From Fastidiosibacter lacustris (GTDB taxonomy: Bacteria; Pseudomonadota; Gammaproteobacteria; Francisellales; Francisellaceae): a DNA stretch of 32,000 nucleotides. Where the stretch lies: assembly GCF_003428155.1 (NCBI RefSeq), contig NZ_QLIR01000018.1, positions 1 to 32,000 of the forward strand, given 5' to 3'. Made by a program: the position numbers and the translations under genes. The notes under the pieces are model-generated. The model did no database searches and was not told where the DNA came from. It saw only the letters and a program-made list of their open reading frames with translations. Below, one piece after another: positions 19,414-29,585 of the stretch (within the stretch, counting starts at the first letter, position 1; each line of letters starts with the position of its first letter).

Positions 19414-21825
19414 GTGAGTCCCGTGTCAGAAAAAGAAACACCAAAACAATTGAGCATTGAAATAAATGGTCAAAACTATCTAGCACATCCTGGTGAGATG
19501 GTCATTCAGGTGGCAGATAGGCATGGTATTTATATTCCACGTTTTTGCTATCATAAAAAGCTTTCAATTGCAGCAAATTGCAGAATGTGTTTAGTAGAAA
19601 TAGCAGGTGCCAGAAAGCCGTCTCCAGCATGTGCAACGCCAATCATGGATGGTATGAAAATATTCACAAAATCACCTACAACGATTGCATATCAGAAGAG
19701 CGTGATGGAGTTTCTGCTAATTAATCATCCATTGGATTGTCCGATTTGCGATCAAGGTGGTGAATGTGAACTGCAAGATATCGCAATGGGTTATGGTAGT
19801 GATGCTTCTAAGTATAGTGAAACCAAACGTGCCTTTGATGATCCAAGTTTAGGTCCATTGGTGGCAACCGATATGACGCGTTGTATTCAGTGTACGCGTT
19901 GTGTGCGATTTGGTGAGGAAATAGCAGGGGATAAGGAATTAGGTGCAATGGGGCGTAGCGATCACATGGAGATTAGCACTTATGTTGCAAAAACAGTCAA
20001 CTCTGAGTTATCAGGTAATATCATCGATCTGTGTCCAGTTGGTGCGTTGACCTCTAAACCATTTAGATTTAATGCTCGTGCATGGGAATTACTGCAGTAC
20101 TCAACGATTTCGGGTGCAGATGCAGTGGGTGCTAATATTTATGCGCATGTAAGACGCAATCAAATTATGCGTGTGATACCAAAAGAAAATGATGAATTAA
20201 ATGAAACTTGGCTTGCCGACAAAGATCGTTTTTATTATACAGGCGTTTATAGTGAAGATCGTGTGACTTCACCAATCATTAAGAAAAATGGACATTGGAT
20301 CGAAGTATCATGGGAAGAAGCGCTTGATTTTGTGAAGGTTGCAATTGAGCACACAAAAGAAAATGAAGGTGTTAATACCATTTCAGCCTTAGCATCTGAG
20401 TCAGCAACAACAGAAGAATTGTATCTATTGCAAAAGCTCATTCGTAAACTTGGTTCGAATAACATTGAAACACGCTTAAAACAAGGATCAAATGCTAAAA
20501 AATTACATACAGGAGTCGGTTTTGATTGCAGTTTTGCGGAGATTGAACAATCGGATGCAATTTTATTGCTTGGAAGTTACTTGCGCAAGGAAATCCCATT
20601 AATTAATCATCGCGTGCACAAAGCAGCAAAAAATGGTGCTAAGGTGTTAGCTATAAATAGCCAATATTACAGCTTTAATTATGAAATTCAAACCACATGT
20701 GTAGAAGCCAATGAATTCGTTTATGCTTTAGCAAGTTTGGTTAAAGCAATTGCCCAAAAGGTTGCTACCCCAATTCAGTCTGAAACTGTAAAATCAGTTA
20801 TTGATGCAATTGAGGTTTTCCCTGAAATTGAACACATTGCAGCTGAGCTTGGATGTTGTAAGAATCCTTTACTGATATTAGGTTTTGATGCTATTTTAAA
20901 TAAGGATTTTGCTGAAATTTATGCACTTTTCTTTGAGCTTAAACATTTACTTAATGCTAAAGGTGGTGTGTTGAGTATGGGGGCAAATAGCAAAGGCGCA
21001 CTTTTAGCAGGTGCCTCAGTAGATTACTCACCAGGTGGCGAAGAAAATCTGCAACATGGTTTAGCTCTACATGATATGTTGAGTAGTAAAACTAAGCTTA
21101 TGCTAAGCTTTGGCATTGAGCCTGAGTTAGATTGTATTGCTGGTAGTAAAGTGCTAAATGCATTAAAAGAGATTGATATCGTGGTTGCTTTCTCTGCTTA
21201 TGCTAATGAAGCCATGCGTGAATATGCTGATATTATTTTACCAATCACAACGCACTTTGAAACCGATGGTTCATTTGTGAATATTAATGGTCAAACCCAG
21301 CGCTTTAAAGCGGTAATATCTCCATATGAAGATAGTAAACCATTGTGGAAGGTACTGCGTGTATTAAGTAATTTATTAGCTATAGAAGGTTTTGATTACC
21401 AGACGTTAGATGAGGTTTATGCTGAGTATGCAGCCATTGAAAAAGTAGCACCTGTGCCGGTTATAGATGATTATTTAAAGAATGGATTGCCAAATTTGGC
21501 AGAAGGTTATTCGATTTTACCAACTGTTTCAATGTATAGTACATCAAGCACATTAAGGCGTGCGAAGCCATTGCAGAATACTCAAGATGCGATGTACTAT
21601 AAAGCGGTAAGGTTGTCAGCTAAGTTTGCTGTAGATAAAGGTATCGTTGACCAAACTGAAGTAAGCATTGGTATATCTGATCAATTTTACCAATTACCGA
21701 TTGTGATAGATGAAAATTTAGCTCAAAACACGATAGTAATTCCGTTCCAACTTCTGCCTCCTTGTAGTAAAAATTTAGCAAATGTTACAATTGCTGTAGT
21801 TAAAAATGAAGTGGTGGACATATGA
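19414..21825 (+). CDS. nuoG: NADH-quinone oxidoreductase subunit G
   Basis: 803 aa. Has [18 protein letters not shown] (N1b), [18 protein letters not shown] (N5) and [10 protein letters not shown] (N4). The start is uncertain: GTG 19414 or GTG 19423, and the latter has better spacing from AAGGG. Confidence 0.93.
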   Translation: MSPVSEKETPKQLSIEINGQNYLAHPGEMVIQVADRHGIYIPRFCYHKKLSIAANCRMCLVEIAGARKPSPACATPIMDGMKIFTKSPTTIAYQKSVMEFLLINHPLDCPICDQGGECELQDIAMGYGSDASKYSETKRAFDDPSLGPLVATDMTRCIQCTRCVRFGEEIAGDKELGAMGRSDHMEISTYVAKTVNSELSGNIIDLCPVGALTSKPFRFNARAWELLQYSTISGADAVGANIYAHVRRNQIMRVIPKENDELNETWLADKDRFYYTGVYSEDRVTSPIIKKNGHWIEVSWEEALDFVKVAIEHTKENEGVNTISALASESATTEELYLLQKLIRKLGSNNIETRLKQGSNAKKLHTGVGFDCSFAEIEQSDAILLLGSYLRKEIPLINHRVHKAAKNGAKVLAINSQYYSFNYEIQTTCVEANEFVYALASLVKAIAQKVATPIQSETVKSVIDAIEVFPEIEHIAAELGCCKNPLLILGFDAILNKDFAEIYALFFELKHLLNAKGGVLSMGANSKGALLAGASVDYSPGGEENLQHGLALHDMLSSKTKLMLSFGIEPELDCIAGSKVLNALKEIDIVVAFSAYANEAMREYADIILPITTHFETDGSFVNINGQTQRFKAVISPYEDSKPLWKVLRVLSNLLAIEGFDYQTLDEVYAEYAAIEKVAPVPVIDDYLKNGLPNLAEGYSILPTVSMYSTSSTLRRAKPLQNTQDAMYYKAVRLSAKFAVDKGIVDQTEVSIGISDQFYQLPIVIDENLAQNTIVIPFQLLPPCSKNLANVTIAVVKNEVVDI

Positions 21826-22835
21826 TTTTAGATATTATTTGGATCGTTTTGAAGATTTTATTGATAGTCATCCCATTGATACTTGTTGTTGCTTATTACA
21901 CTTATGCTGAACGTAAAGTGATCGGTTATATGCAGGATCGTATAGGTCCAAATAGAGTGGGTTCGTTTGGTCTTTTACAGCCAATTGTTGATGCAATTAA
22001 GCTTTTATTAAAAGAGATTATTATTCCTGCGAAATCAAACCGATATTTATTTTTTATTGCGCCGATGTTGGCTTTTGCTCCAGCTTATACTGCTTGGGCG
22101 GTTGTGCCATTTGGTCAAGGAGTTGTGTTAGCAAATATTAATGCAGGTGTGCTATATATTTTGGCGATGACTTCCATTGCAGTATATGGGGTGATTATTG
22201 CCGGCTGGGCTTCTAACTCGAAATATGCGATGTTTGGAGCATTACGTGCGGCAGCGCAAGTGGTCTCATATGAACTTGCAATGGGCTTTGCGATTATTGG
22301 TGTGCTGATTGCTGCTGGCTCCTTGAACCTAAGCACGATTGTCGAAACGCAAAAAGGGGGCTTTTGGCATTGGTATTTTATTCCACTTTTCCCGCTTTTC
22401 ATTATTTATTTTATTGCAGGAGTCGCTGAAACTGGGCGTGCGCCATTTGATGTGATTGAGGGGGAGTCTGAAATTGTAGCGGGTCACCATGTCGAATACT
22501 CAGGTGCACGCTTTGCGCTATTCTTCTTGGCAGAATATGCCAATATGATTTTGATCAGCTTATTAACAGCTGTTTTTTTCCTAGGCGGCTGGATGTCACC
22601 ATTTGAGCAGATTCCGGTGTTGGATAAATTCTTTAACTTTGTGCCGGGTATAATTTGGCTATTCTTAAAGACAGGGGTATTTATGTTTATGTATCTTTGG
22701 ATTCGTGCTACTTTTCCAAGATACCGTTATGATCAATTAATGCGTTTGGGTTGGAAGATTTTTATTCCAGTTACCCTAGTATGGGTAATTGTAGTTGCTT
22801 TCATGGTTAAACTTGGCTTAAGCCCTTGGTGGTAG
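21822..22835 (+). CDS. nuoH: NADH-quinone oxidoreductase subunit H
   Basis: 337 aa, polytopic. Has [20 protein letters not shown]. The ATGA overlaps the nuoG stop. Confidence 0.95.
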   Translation: MILDIIWIVLKILLIVIPLILVVAYYTYAERKVIGYMQDRIGPNRVGSFGLLQPIVDAIKLLLKEIIIPAKSNRYLFFIAPMLAFAPAYTAWAVVPFGQGVVLANINAGVLYILAMTSIAVYGVIIAGWASNSKYAMFGALRAAAQVVSYELAMGFAIIGVLIAAGSLNLSTIVETQKGGFWHWYFIPLFPLFIIYFIAGVAETGRAPFDVIEGESEIVAGHHVEYSGARFALFFLAEYANMILISLLTAVFFLGGWMSPFEQIPVLDKFFNFVPGIIWLFLKTGVFMFMYLWIRATFPRYRYDQLMRLGWKIFIPVTLVWVIVVAFMVKLGLSPWW

Positions 22836-22851
22836 GAGAGGAGGTTTAGAT

Positions 22852-23343
22852 ATGTTTAAAACAATTAAACGTTATTGTCAGACTTTCTTGCTGTGGGAGT
22901 TAGTAAAAGGTCTTAAGATTACAGGTAAGCATCTTTTTACGCGCAAGGTAACCGTGCAATATCCTGATGAAAAAACACCACAATCAGGTCGTTTTCGTGG
23001 TTTACATGCTTTACGTCGTTATGAAAATGGTGAAGAGCGTTGTATTGCATGTAAATTGTGTGAAGTGGTATGTCCTGCTTTGGCAATTACAATAGAAGCA
23101 GCGCCGCGCAAAGATGGTTCAAGGCGCACCACAAAATATGAAATTGACTTATTTAAATGTATTTTTTGTGGCTTGTGCGAAGAATCTTGTCCTGTCGATT
23201 CTATTGTTGAAACACGTATATTTGAGTATCACTTTGAGAATCGTGGTGAAAATATCATGACAAAAGCAAAACTGTTGGCAATTGGAGATCAGTATGAACA
23301 GGAGATTGCCAGGGATCGTGAAGTGGACAAGGCATTTAGATAG
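22852..23343 (+). CDS. nuoI: NADH-quinone oxidoreductase subunit I (2x 4Fe-4S ferredoxin)
   Basis: 163 aa. Has [12 protein letters not shown] and [12 protein letters not shown]. Confidence 0.95.
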   Translation: MFKTIKRYCQTFLLWELVKGLKITGKHLFTRKVTVQYPDEKTPQSGRFRGLHALRRYENGEERCIACKLCEVVCPALAITIEAAPRKDGSRRTTKYEIDLFKCIFCGLCEESCPVDSIVETRIFEYHFENRGENIMTKAKLLAIGDQYEQEIARDREVDKAFR

Positions 23344-23351
23344 GAGCCAAG

Positions 23352-23954
23352 ATGAGCGTTAACATTATATTTTACGTTTTTGCAACCCTCACTGTTTTAG
23401 GTGCTTTGCTGGTGATTAGTGCTAAAAACCCAGTGCGAGCAGTGATTGCTAAGGTATTTACTTTCTTTGCAGCAGCGGGGGTGTGGTTAACTATGCAACA
23501 AGAATACTTGGCTTTACTTTTAATCGTTGTTTATGTCGGTGCGGTTTTGGTTATGTTCTTGTTTGTGGTGATGATGCTTGATATCGATATCATCATTAAG
23601 CAAAAAAAGCTTGTTTTCTATTGGCCGATTGTAATTGTGCTTTGTGTTTGTTTGGCTGTGTTGATTTCAATTGTGGCGACACATACGTTTAGCGGTAAAG
23701 TGCTCACAGGGGGATTAGGTACAGTTGAAAACCTAGGACGTGAGCTGTTTTCTGATAAATATCTCTATACTTTTGAGCTTGCAGGTATGATTTTGTTAGC
23801 TGCAATGGTTGCGGCTATCACGCTTACTTTCCGTGGTAAAAAACCAGGTAATAAATCTATGAACCCCGCATTACAAATCAAAACTCAGGCTAAAGATCGT
23901 TTGACAATGGTTAAAATGAAGTCTGAAAAGACTAATAAGGGAGAACCTAAATGA
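23352..23954 (+). CDS. nuoJ: NADH-quinone oxidoreductase subunit J
   Basis: 200 aa, hydrophobic. Has [17 protein letters not shown] and is in the expected operon position. Confidence 0.9.
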   Translation: MSVNIIFYVFATLTVLGALLVISAKNPVRAVIAKVFTFFAAAGVWLTMQQEYLALLLIVVYVGAVLVMFLFVVMMLDIDIIIKQKKLVFYWPIVIVLCVCLAVLISIVATHTFSGKVLTGGLGTVENLGRELFSDKYLYTFELAGMILLAAMVAAITLTFRGKKPGNKSMNPALQIKTQAKDRLTMVKMKSEKTNKGEPK

Positions 23955-24268
23955 CAAGTATTCCTGTGCCCTTAACGCATTATCTTATTTTTAGTGCCAT
24001 TATTTTTTCACTGAGTGTTGCTGGTATTATCATCAATCGTCGTAACTTGTTGATCTTATTGATGTCAATAGAGTTAATGTTATTGGCGATAAATACGAAT
24101 TTTATTGCCTTTTCAAGTATGCTAAAGCAAAACACAGGTGAGGTGTTTGTATTCTTCATTTTAACTGTTGCAGCAGCAGAAGCAGCGATTGGTTTAGCGA
24201 TTGTTGTGGTGTTATTTAGAACACGTAAGACAATTGATGTTGGTCAACTTAATACACTAAAAGGTTAG
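23951..24268 (+). CDS. nuoK: NADH-quinone oxidoreductase subunit K
   Basis: 105 aa, three TM segments. Has [12 protein letters not shown] and [13 protein letters not shown]. The ATGA overlaps the nuoJ stop. Confidence 0.93.
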   Translation: MTSIPVPLTHYLIFSAIIFSLSVAGIIINRRNLLILLMSIELMLLAINTNFIAFSSMLKQNTGEVFVFFILTVAAAEAAIGLAIVVVLFRTRKTIDVGQLNTLKG

Positions 24269-24272
24269 GTCA

Positions 24273-26282
24273 ATGGGTATTGATTTTATTATTGCTATCA
24301 TCATTTTGGCGCCAGCATTTGGTGCAATTGCGGCGGGCTTTTTTGCTAAGAAAGTCCAGCCTATTGGTGTGAATTGCATTACCATTGGCTTGGTTGGGTT
24401 GTCGTTTATTCTAAGTGTGGTCTTAGCTTTAGGCGTGTATCTAAATAATGCTGTTTATACAGCAACTTATTTTAACTGGGCTCTTTTTCCAAGTTTAGGC
24501 ATGAAAGTAAGCTTCACTGTCGATAGACTTTCTGCTTTTATGATGGTGATTGTGACTTTCGTATCAGCTTTAGTCCATATCTATTCAGTTGGTTATATGC
24601 GTGGTGAAGCAGGTTATGCGCGCTTCTTTGCTTACATTTCAGGCTTTACTTTTGCTATGTTGTGCTTAGTCATGGGTAATAACTTTTTATTACTTTTCTT
24701 TGGTTGGGAAGGTGTTGGTCTATTCTCGTATTTGCTTATTGGTTATTACTTTGATAAAGACTCAGCCAATGAGGCAAGTTTACGTGCATTTATTATTAAT
24801 CGGGTTGGTGACCTTGGCTTTTTATTAGGCATTGCTGCGGTCATTTACTACTGCAATTCCATTGATTATAGTACGGTGTTCACTACTATAGCCAATTTGG
24901 ATAATAACCAAGTGATTTCCTTTTTAGGCATGAAGTTTAGTCCAATTACCTTAATGTGCGTGCTGTTGTTTGTTGGTGCAATGGGTAAATCAGCTCAGTT
25001 TCCATTACATACCTGGTTAGAAGGCTCAATGGAGGGTCCAACACCAATTTCTGCTTTGATCCATGCTGCAACGATGGTAACAGCAGGGGTGTTTATGGTA
25101 GCGCGCTTATCTCCGATGTTTGTTCACTCGACAACGGCTTTAAGCTTTGTGATGATTATTGGCGCCATTACGTGTTTGTTTATGGGGTTGATTGCAATTG
25201 TGCAGATGGATATTAAGCGCGTTATTGCTTATTGTACATTATCTCAATTGGGTTATATGATGGTTGCTCAAGGCGCATCGGGTTTTTCAATCGGTATGTT
25301 CCATTTAATGACCCATGCGATGTTTAAAGCTTTACTATTTTTGGCAGCAGGTTCGGTGATTGTTGCGCTTCATCACGAGCAAGATATGCGTAAAATGGGT
25401 GGATTGCGGAAATACATGCCTATTACCTATATTTGTATGATCATTGGTGGTTGGGCGCTTGCAGCTATCCCTCCATTTGCAGGTTTTTTCTCAAAAGATT
25501 TAATCATTGAAACAGCAGAAATCACTACTTTACCTGGTCATGAATTTGCGTATTATTTAGTATTGGCATGTGCATTTGTTACTCCATTCTATACTTTTAG
25601 AATGATTTTTATGACTTTTCATGGTCAGCCAAGAATGGACGCGCATACTAAGGCACATATAAAGGAATCACCTTGGAGTATTTTGATTCCACTTATTTTG
25701 CTAGCCATTCCATCGATTTTTATGGGTATGTTGTTCTTTGAACTAGCGTTAACACCAAATACAGCTAATTCAGACGGGTTCTTTGGCAATACTATTGCGC
25801 AATATATGCAACCGCAATTAGGTAACATGACCGTAATTAGCGTATTGGCAGAAGAAGCAATAACGAAAACACCTTGGGACTACATTATGCACTCCCTGCA
25901 TACTGCTCCTTTTTGGTTAGCAGTCTTAGCTTTGATTCTAGCCTATATCTTTTATGTTTTGATGCCAAATATTCCAAAGACACTCGCCAACGTACGCTCA
26001 GGTATGGGTATTTTGCATTATGTGTTAGTAAAAAAATACTTTATTGATGAACTGTATGACTTGGTGTTTGTTAAAGGTACGAGGTTATTGAGTAAATTTT
26101 TATGGGTTGTCGTTGATATCTTTATGATCGATAAAATTGCTGTGCAAGGTAGTGCAAATTTAATTTATTTCACTGGTAAGAAACTGACCAAGGTTCAGCG
26201 TGGTTATTTGTTTGATTATGCGTTGGTGCTTTTGATCGGTGTATTGGCATTAATCACATGGCTTATTTTTTGGGTAAACTAG
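24273..26282 (+). CDS. nuoL: NADH-quinone oxidoreductase subunit L
   Basis: 669 aa, antiporter-like. Has WEGVGLFSYLLIGYYF and GPTPISALIHAATMVTAG. Confidence 0.95.
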   Translation: MGIDFIIAIIILAPAFGAIAAGFFAKKVQPIGVNCITIGLVGLSFILSVVLALGVYLNNAVYTATYFNWALFPSLGMKVSFTVDRLSAFMMVIVTFVSALVHIYSVGYMRGEAGYARFFAYISGFTFAMLCLVMGNNFLLLFFGWEGVGLFSYLLIGYYFDKDSANEASLRAFIINRVGDLGFLLGIAAVIYYCNSIDYSTVFTTIANLDNNQVISFLGMKFSPITLMCVLLFVGAMGKSAQFPLHTWLEGSMEGPTPISALIHAATMVTAGVFMVARLSPMFVHSTTALSFVMIIGAITCLFMGLIAIVQMDIKRVIAYCTLSQLGYMMVAQGASGFSIGMFHLMTHAMFKALLFLAAGSVIVALHHEQDMRKMGGLRKYMPITYICMIIGGWALAAIPPFAGFFSKDLIIETAEITTLPGHEFAYYLVLACAFVTPFYTFRMIFMTFHGQPRMDAHTKAHIKESPWSILIPLILLAIPSIFMGMLFFELALTPNTANSDGFFGNTIAQYMQPQLGNMTVISVLAEEAITKTPWDYIMHSLHTAPFWLAVLALILAYIFYVLMPNIPKTLANVRSGMGILHYVLVKKYFIDELYDLVFVKGTRLLSKFLWVVVDIFMIDKIAVQGSANLIYFTGKKLTKVQRGYLFDYALVLLIGVLALITWLIFWVN

Positions 26283-26306
26283 GGCATTTAGAGGAAAGTT
26301 AATATT

Positions 26307-27920
26307 ATGTTTATAACTCATTATTTACTGAGTTTACTAATTTGGGTGCCGGTTATTGGCGGCTTTATTGTGCTTGCGGCAAAATCTCCTGATGGCAAGA
26401 AAGAAGCAGCGCGTTGGACGGCACTGGCAGTGGCGGTGATAACGCTTCTATTGTGTATTCCTTTATATCTTGAGTTTGATCCAACCACTGCACAAATGCA
26501 GTTTGTTGAGCGTGTACGTTGGTTTAGTTTGTTTGCTAATAAAGATGCCGTTTATTACTATCTTGGTGTAGACGGTTTTTCTGTATTGTTTATTATTTTG
26601 ACAAGTTTCACCAACCTTGTAATTGTGCTGGCGGCTTGGCATAGTATCAAGGTGCGTTTAAGACAGTACATGGCGATCTTTTTGATTACAACAGGCTTAA
26701 CCAATGCTGTTTTTATGGCACAGGATACTATGCTTTTCTATATTTTCTGGGAAGCATTATTAATTCCAACAACTCTGGGTATTGGTATTTGGGGCGGTAA
26801 GAAAAAGGCCTATGCAGCTCTTAAATACTTTTTGTATACCTTTGCAGGTTCTATCTTCTTATTGCTTGCGTTTTTATACATACAACGACAAGTAGCCGCT
26901 TTGCCCACTAGCTCACTTGTGGATAGTGGCACGTTCTCGATCCAAAACTTTATCTTCTGGGCAACGGAAGTTAATAACATAGGGCAATTGATCAATATTA
27001 CGCTAACGACGCAATTGCTATTGTTCGGTGCATTTTTCTTGGCTTTTGCCGTTAAAATACCGATGTGGCCGTTTCATTCATGGTTACCAGATGCGCATTC
27101 AGAAGCACCCGCGGGTGGTTCGGTTGTTTTGGCTGCTTTGATGTTAAAGCTAGGTGCATATGGTTTCCTACGCTTTGTGTTGCCTCTGATTCCAGCAGTT
27201 ACTGCTATGTTGGATTGGTTTTTAATTGTTATGTCCCTCATTGCTATTGTATACGTTGGGATTGTTGCAATTGCTCAAACTGATTTTAAACGCTTAATTG
27301 CTTACTCATCCATCTCACATATGGGATTAGTGACATTGGCAATGTTTTCGATCTTTCTTTTAGTAAAAAATAATCCAGATCACATGCTTGGAATGGCGGA
27401 TGCGCAGTTTGCCATTCAAGGTGCGGTGTTTCAGATGATTGCTCACGCTTTTTCGTCAGGTGGAATGTTTATTGGTTGTGGTTATTTATATTTACGGATG
27501 CAAACACGTAATATTGCTGATTTTCAAGGTGTTGCCCGTTCAATGCCAATATTTGCGACTTTTTTTATGTTATTTTGTTTAGCAAACGTCGGACTCCCAG
27601 GCACAAGTGGTTTTGTCGGTGAGTTTTTAATTATTTTAGCTGTGTTTAAATATTCTCCTTGGGTGGCACTGTTAGCAGGATTGACACTTATCATTGCACC
27701 TGCTTATACGCTTTGGATGTATAAGAGGGTGTTCTTTGGTAAAGTAGTAACCACACAAGTGGCGACACTTAAAGATATTTCTGGACTTGAGATTTTTGTG
27801 CTTGTGTTGTTGGCAATACCAACGATTTTGTTTGGTGTTTATCCTGAGCCGATTTTACAACTTTCTTCTGCGGCTTCAACGCATATCATCCAAGCTGCAC
27901 ATGCGATAACGATAGGATAA
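26307..27920 (+). CDS. nuoM: NADH-quinone oxidoreductase subunit M
   Basis: 537 aa, antiporter-like. Has HSWLPDAHSEAPAGGSVVLAALMLKLG. Confidence 0.95.
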   Translation: MFITHYLLSLLIWVPVIGGFIVLAAKSPDGKKEAARWTALAVAVITLLLCIPLYLEFDPTTAQMQFVERVRWFSLFANKDAVYYYLGVDGFSVLFIILTSFTNLVIVLAAWHSIKVRLRQYMAIFLITTGLTNAVFMAQDTMLFYIFWEALLIPTTLGIGIWGGKKKAYAALKYFLYTFAGSIFLLLAFLYIQRQVAALPTSSLVDSGTFSIQNFIFWATEVNNIGQLINITLTTQLLLFGAFFLAFAVKIPMWPFHSWLPDAHSEAPAGGSVVLAALMLKLGAYGFLRFVLPLIPAVTAMLDWFLIVMSLIAIVYVGIVAIAQTDFKRLIAYSSISHMGLVTLAMFSIFLLVKNNPDHMLGMADAQFAIQGAVFQMIAHAFSSGGMFIGCGYLYLRMQTRNIADFQGVARSMPIFATFFMLFCLANVGLPGTSGFVGEFLIILAVFKYSPWVALLAGLTLIIAPAYTLWMYKRVFFGKVVTTQVATLKDISGLEIFVLVLLAIPTILFGVYPEPILQLSSAASTHIIQAAHAITIG

Positions 27921-27928
27921 GATTAAAT

Positions 27929-29371
27929 ATGATGTTAGCAAATATTATCACTGTATTACCTGAAATTACCTTGAGTATTGGCGCACTTGTAGTGATGTTA
28001 TCTGACTTGTTTTGGGGCAAGAGAGTTAAGAATATCGCCTATATTTTGACTCAGTTATTTTTAATTATTGCGTCTTGGATTTTATTGAAGTCTTTGTTAA
28101 GCCACGTCCATGTCGGTTTTGAAGGGCAAACTCTATCCAACGAACTAACTTTTGTATTGCAAGAAGTTATTGTGTTAGTTGCGTTTTTCGTGTTTATCTA
28201 TTGTAAAGAATACATAGAAGATAGGCAGTTACCGCAAGGTGAGTTTTATGTGTTAGCACTTTTGTCTATTTTGGGGGCGCTGGTGTTAACTTCAGCACAT
28301 AGTTTATTAACTATTTACATTGGATTAGAGCTTTTATCTTTACCGCTTTATGCACTTCTTGCGATTCGCCGCGGATTTGCTAAAGGTGCTGAAGCAGCAA
28401 TTAAATACTTTGTATTAGGAGCGATAGCATCAGGCTTGTTATTATATGGAATGTCGTTTATCTATGGTATTACTGGCAGTCTGGATTTAACTGAAATTGG
28501 TAAATACCTTACCAATCCAACAGCTGCACATATGGATATCGTGTTAATCGCTATGGTATTAATGATTACAACGGCTACTTTTAAGCTTGGAGCTGTGCCT
28601 TTTCATATGTGGGTACCAGATGTTTATGAAGGCTCACCTAATGCAGTGACTGCTTTTTTAGCGTCAGTACCAAAAGTTGCCGCTTTTGCAATGCTTGTTA
28701 ATATTCTAATGATTGCAATGCCAGCACAATCCTTTGCCTGGACAAAAGTATTAATGGTATTGGCAGTGATTTCGATCTTCTTTGGTAACTTGATGGCGCT
28801 AGCCCAGAAGAACCTTAAGCGTTTATTAGGTTATTCCACGATTTCGCACGTCGGATTTGTGTTGTTAGCGCTTATTTTGAATCCCACTGCTTTTGCGGTA
28901 TCAACTGCATTATTTTATGTTATCATCTATGTACTTATGTCAGCAGCAGCTTTTGGTGTACTTATCGTATTGAGTGTTAAAGGTAATGATGTTGAAAACC
29001 TAGGTGACTTTGCAGGACTGAACCGTCGTAATCCGTGGATTGCCTTTCTAATGTTGATCGTCATGTTTTCAATGGCAGGTATTCCACCGTTATCAGGTTT
29101 TACAGCTAAGCTTTTTGTGATTATGGGCTTGGTTGATACAGGGCATCTAGGTTTGGCTATTTATGCACTTATCATGTCTGTCATTGCTGCATATTATTAT
29201 TTACGTGTTATTAAAGTGATGTACTTTGAGTTACCTAAAAACCAGACCCCTGTTTATGCCAATAAAGTTACTTTGTTTGGCTTGAGTATTAACACCGGAC
29301 TGATTTTACTATTAGGGGTATTCCCAGCACTTCTTGTTACACTTATTACACCAATTTATATGCTGTTTTGA
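27929..29371 (+). CDS. nuoN: NADH-quinone oxidoreductase subunit N
   Basis: 480 aa, antiporter-like. Has FHMWVPDVYEGSPNAVTAFL. Last gene of the operon. Confidence 0.95.
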   Translation: MMLANIITVLPEITLSIGALVVMLSDLFWGKRVKNIAYILTQLFLIIASWILLKSLLSHVHVGFEGQTLSNELTFVLQEVIVLVAFFVFIYCKEYIEDRQLPQGEFYVLALLSILGALVLTSAHSLLTIYIGLELLSLPLYALLAIRRGFAKGAEAAIKYFVLGAIASGLLLYGMSFIYGITGSLDLTEIGKYLTNPTAAHMDIVLIAMVLMITTATFKLGAVPFHMWVPDVYEGSPNAVTAFLASVPKVAAFAMLVNILMIAMPAQSFAWTKVLMVLAVISIFFGNLMALAQKNLKRLLGYSTISHVGFVLLALILNPTAFAVSTALFYVIIYVLMSAAAFGVLIVLSVKGNDVENLGDFAGLNRRNPWIAFLMLIVMFSMAGIPPLSGFTAKLFVIMGLVDTGHLGLAIYALIMSVIAAYYYLRVIKVMYFELPKNQTPVYANKVTLFGLSINTGLILLLGVFPALLVTLITPIYMLF

Positions 29372-29400
29372 TTTTTATTATTAGGAGTATTTCTAGCACT
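29301..29400 (+). repeat. Imperfect direct repeat: nuoN codons about 458-468 (29301-29331) are duplicated immediately after the nuoN stop (29369-29400)
   Basis: Copy 1 is TGATTTTACTATTAGGGGTATTCCCAGCACT. Copy 2 is TGATTTTTATTATTAGGAGTATTTCTAGCACT. About 26-27 of 32 aligned positions are identical, and copy 2 begins with the nuoN TGA stop itself. Confidence 0.7.
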
Positions 29401-29585
29401 ATAGAGTCCTAACTTTCTATCTTAACTTTACTTTAAGTTGTTTCAGTAATTACCAGTGATGTATAGTCATTCTAATAAATATTCACATTATCCAATCTAT
29501 ATTTCAAAATGGTTATCATAAGATATAGGATAGATTTGACACTTAGAAATTTAAAATGTTAGATGTGGTCTGTGGAGCGCTTACA

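Noticed and set aside
29494-29536. An inverted repeat AATCTAT..ATAGATT downstream of the kinase stop, considered as a possible terminator.
   Set aside because: The stem is AT-only, the loop is large and no U-tract follows on the minus strand, so support is too weak to call a terminator.
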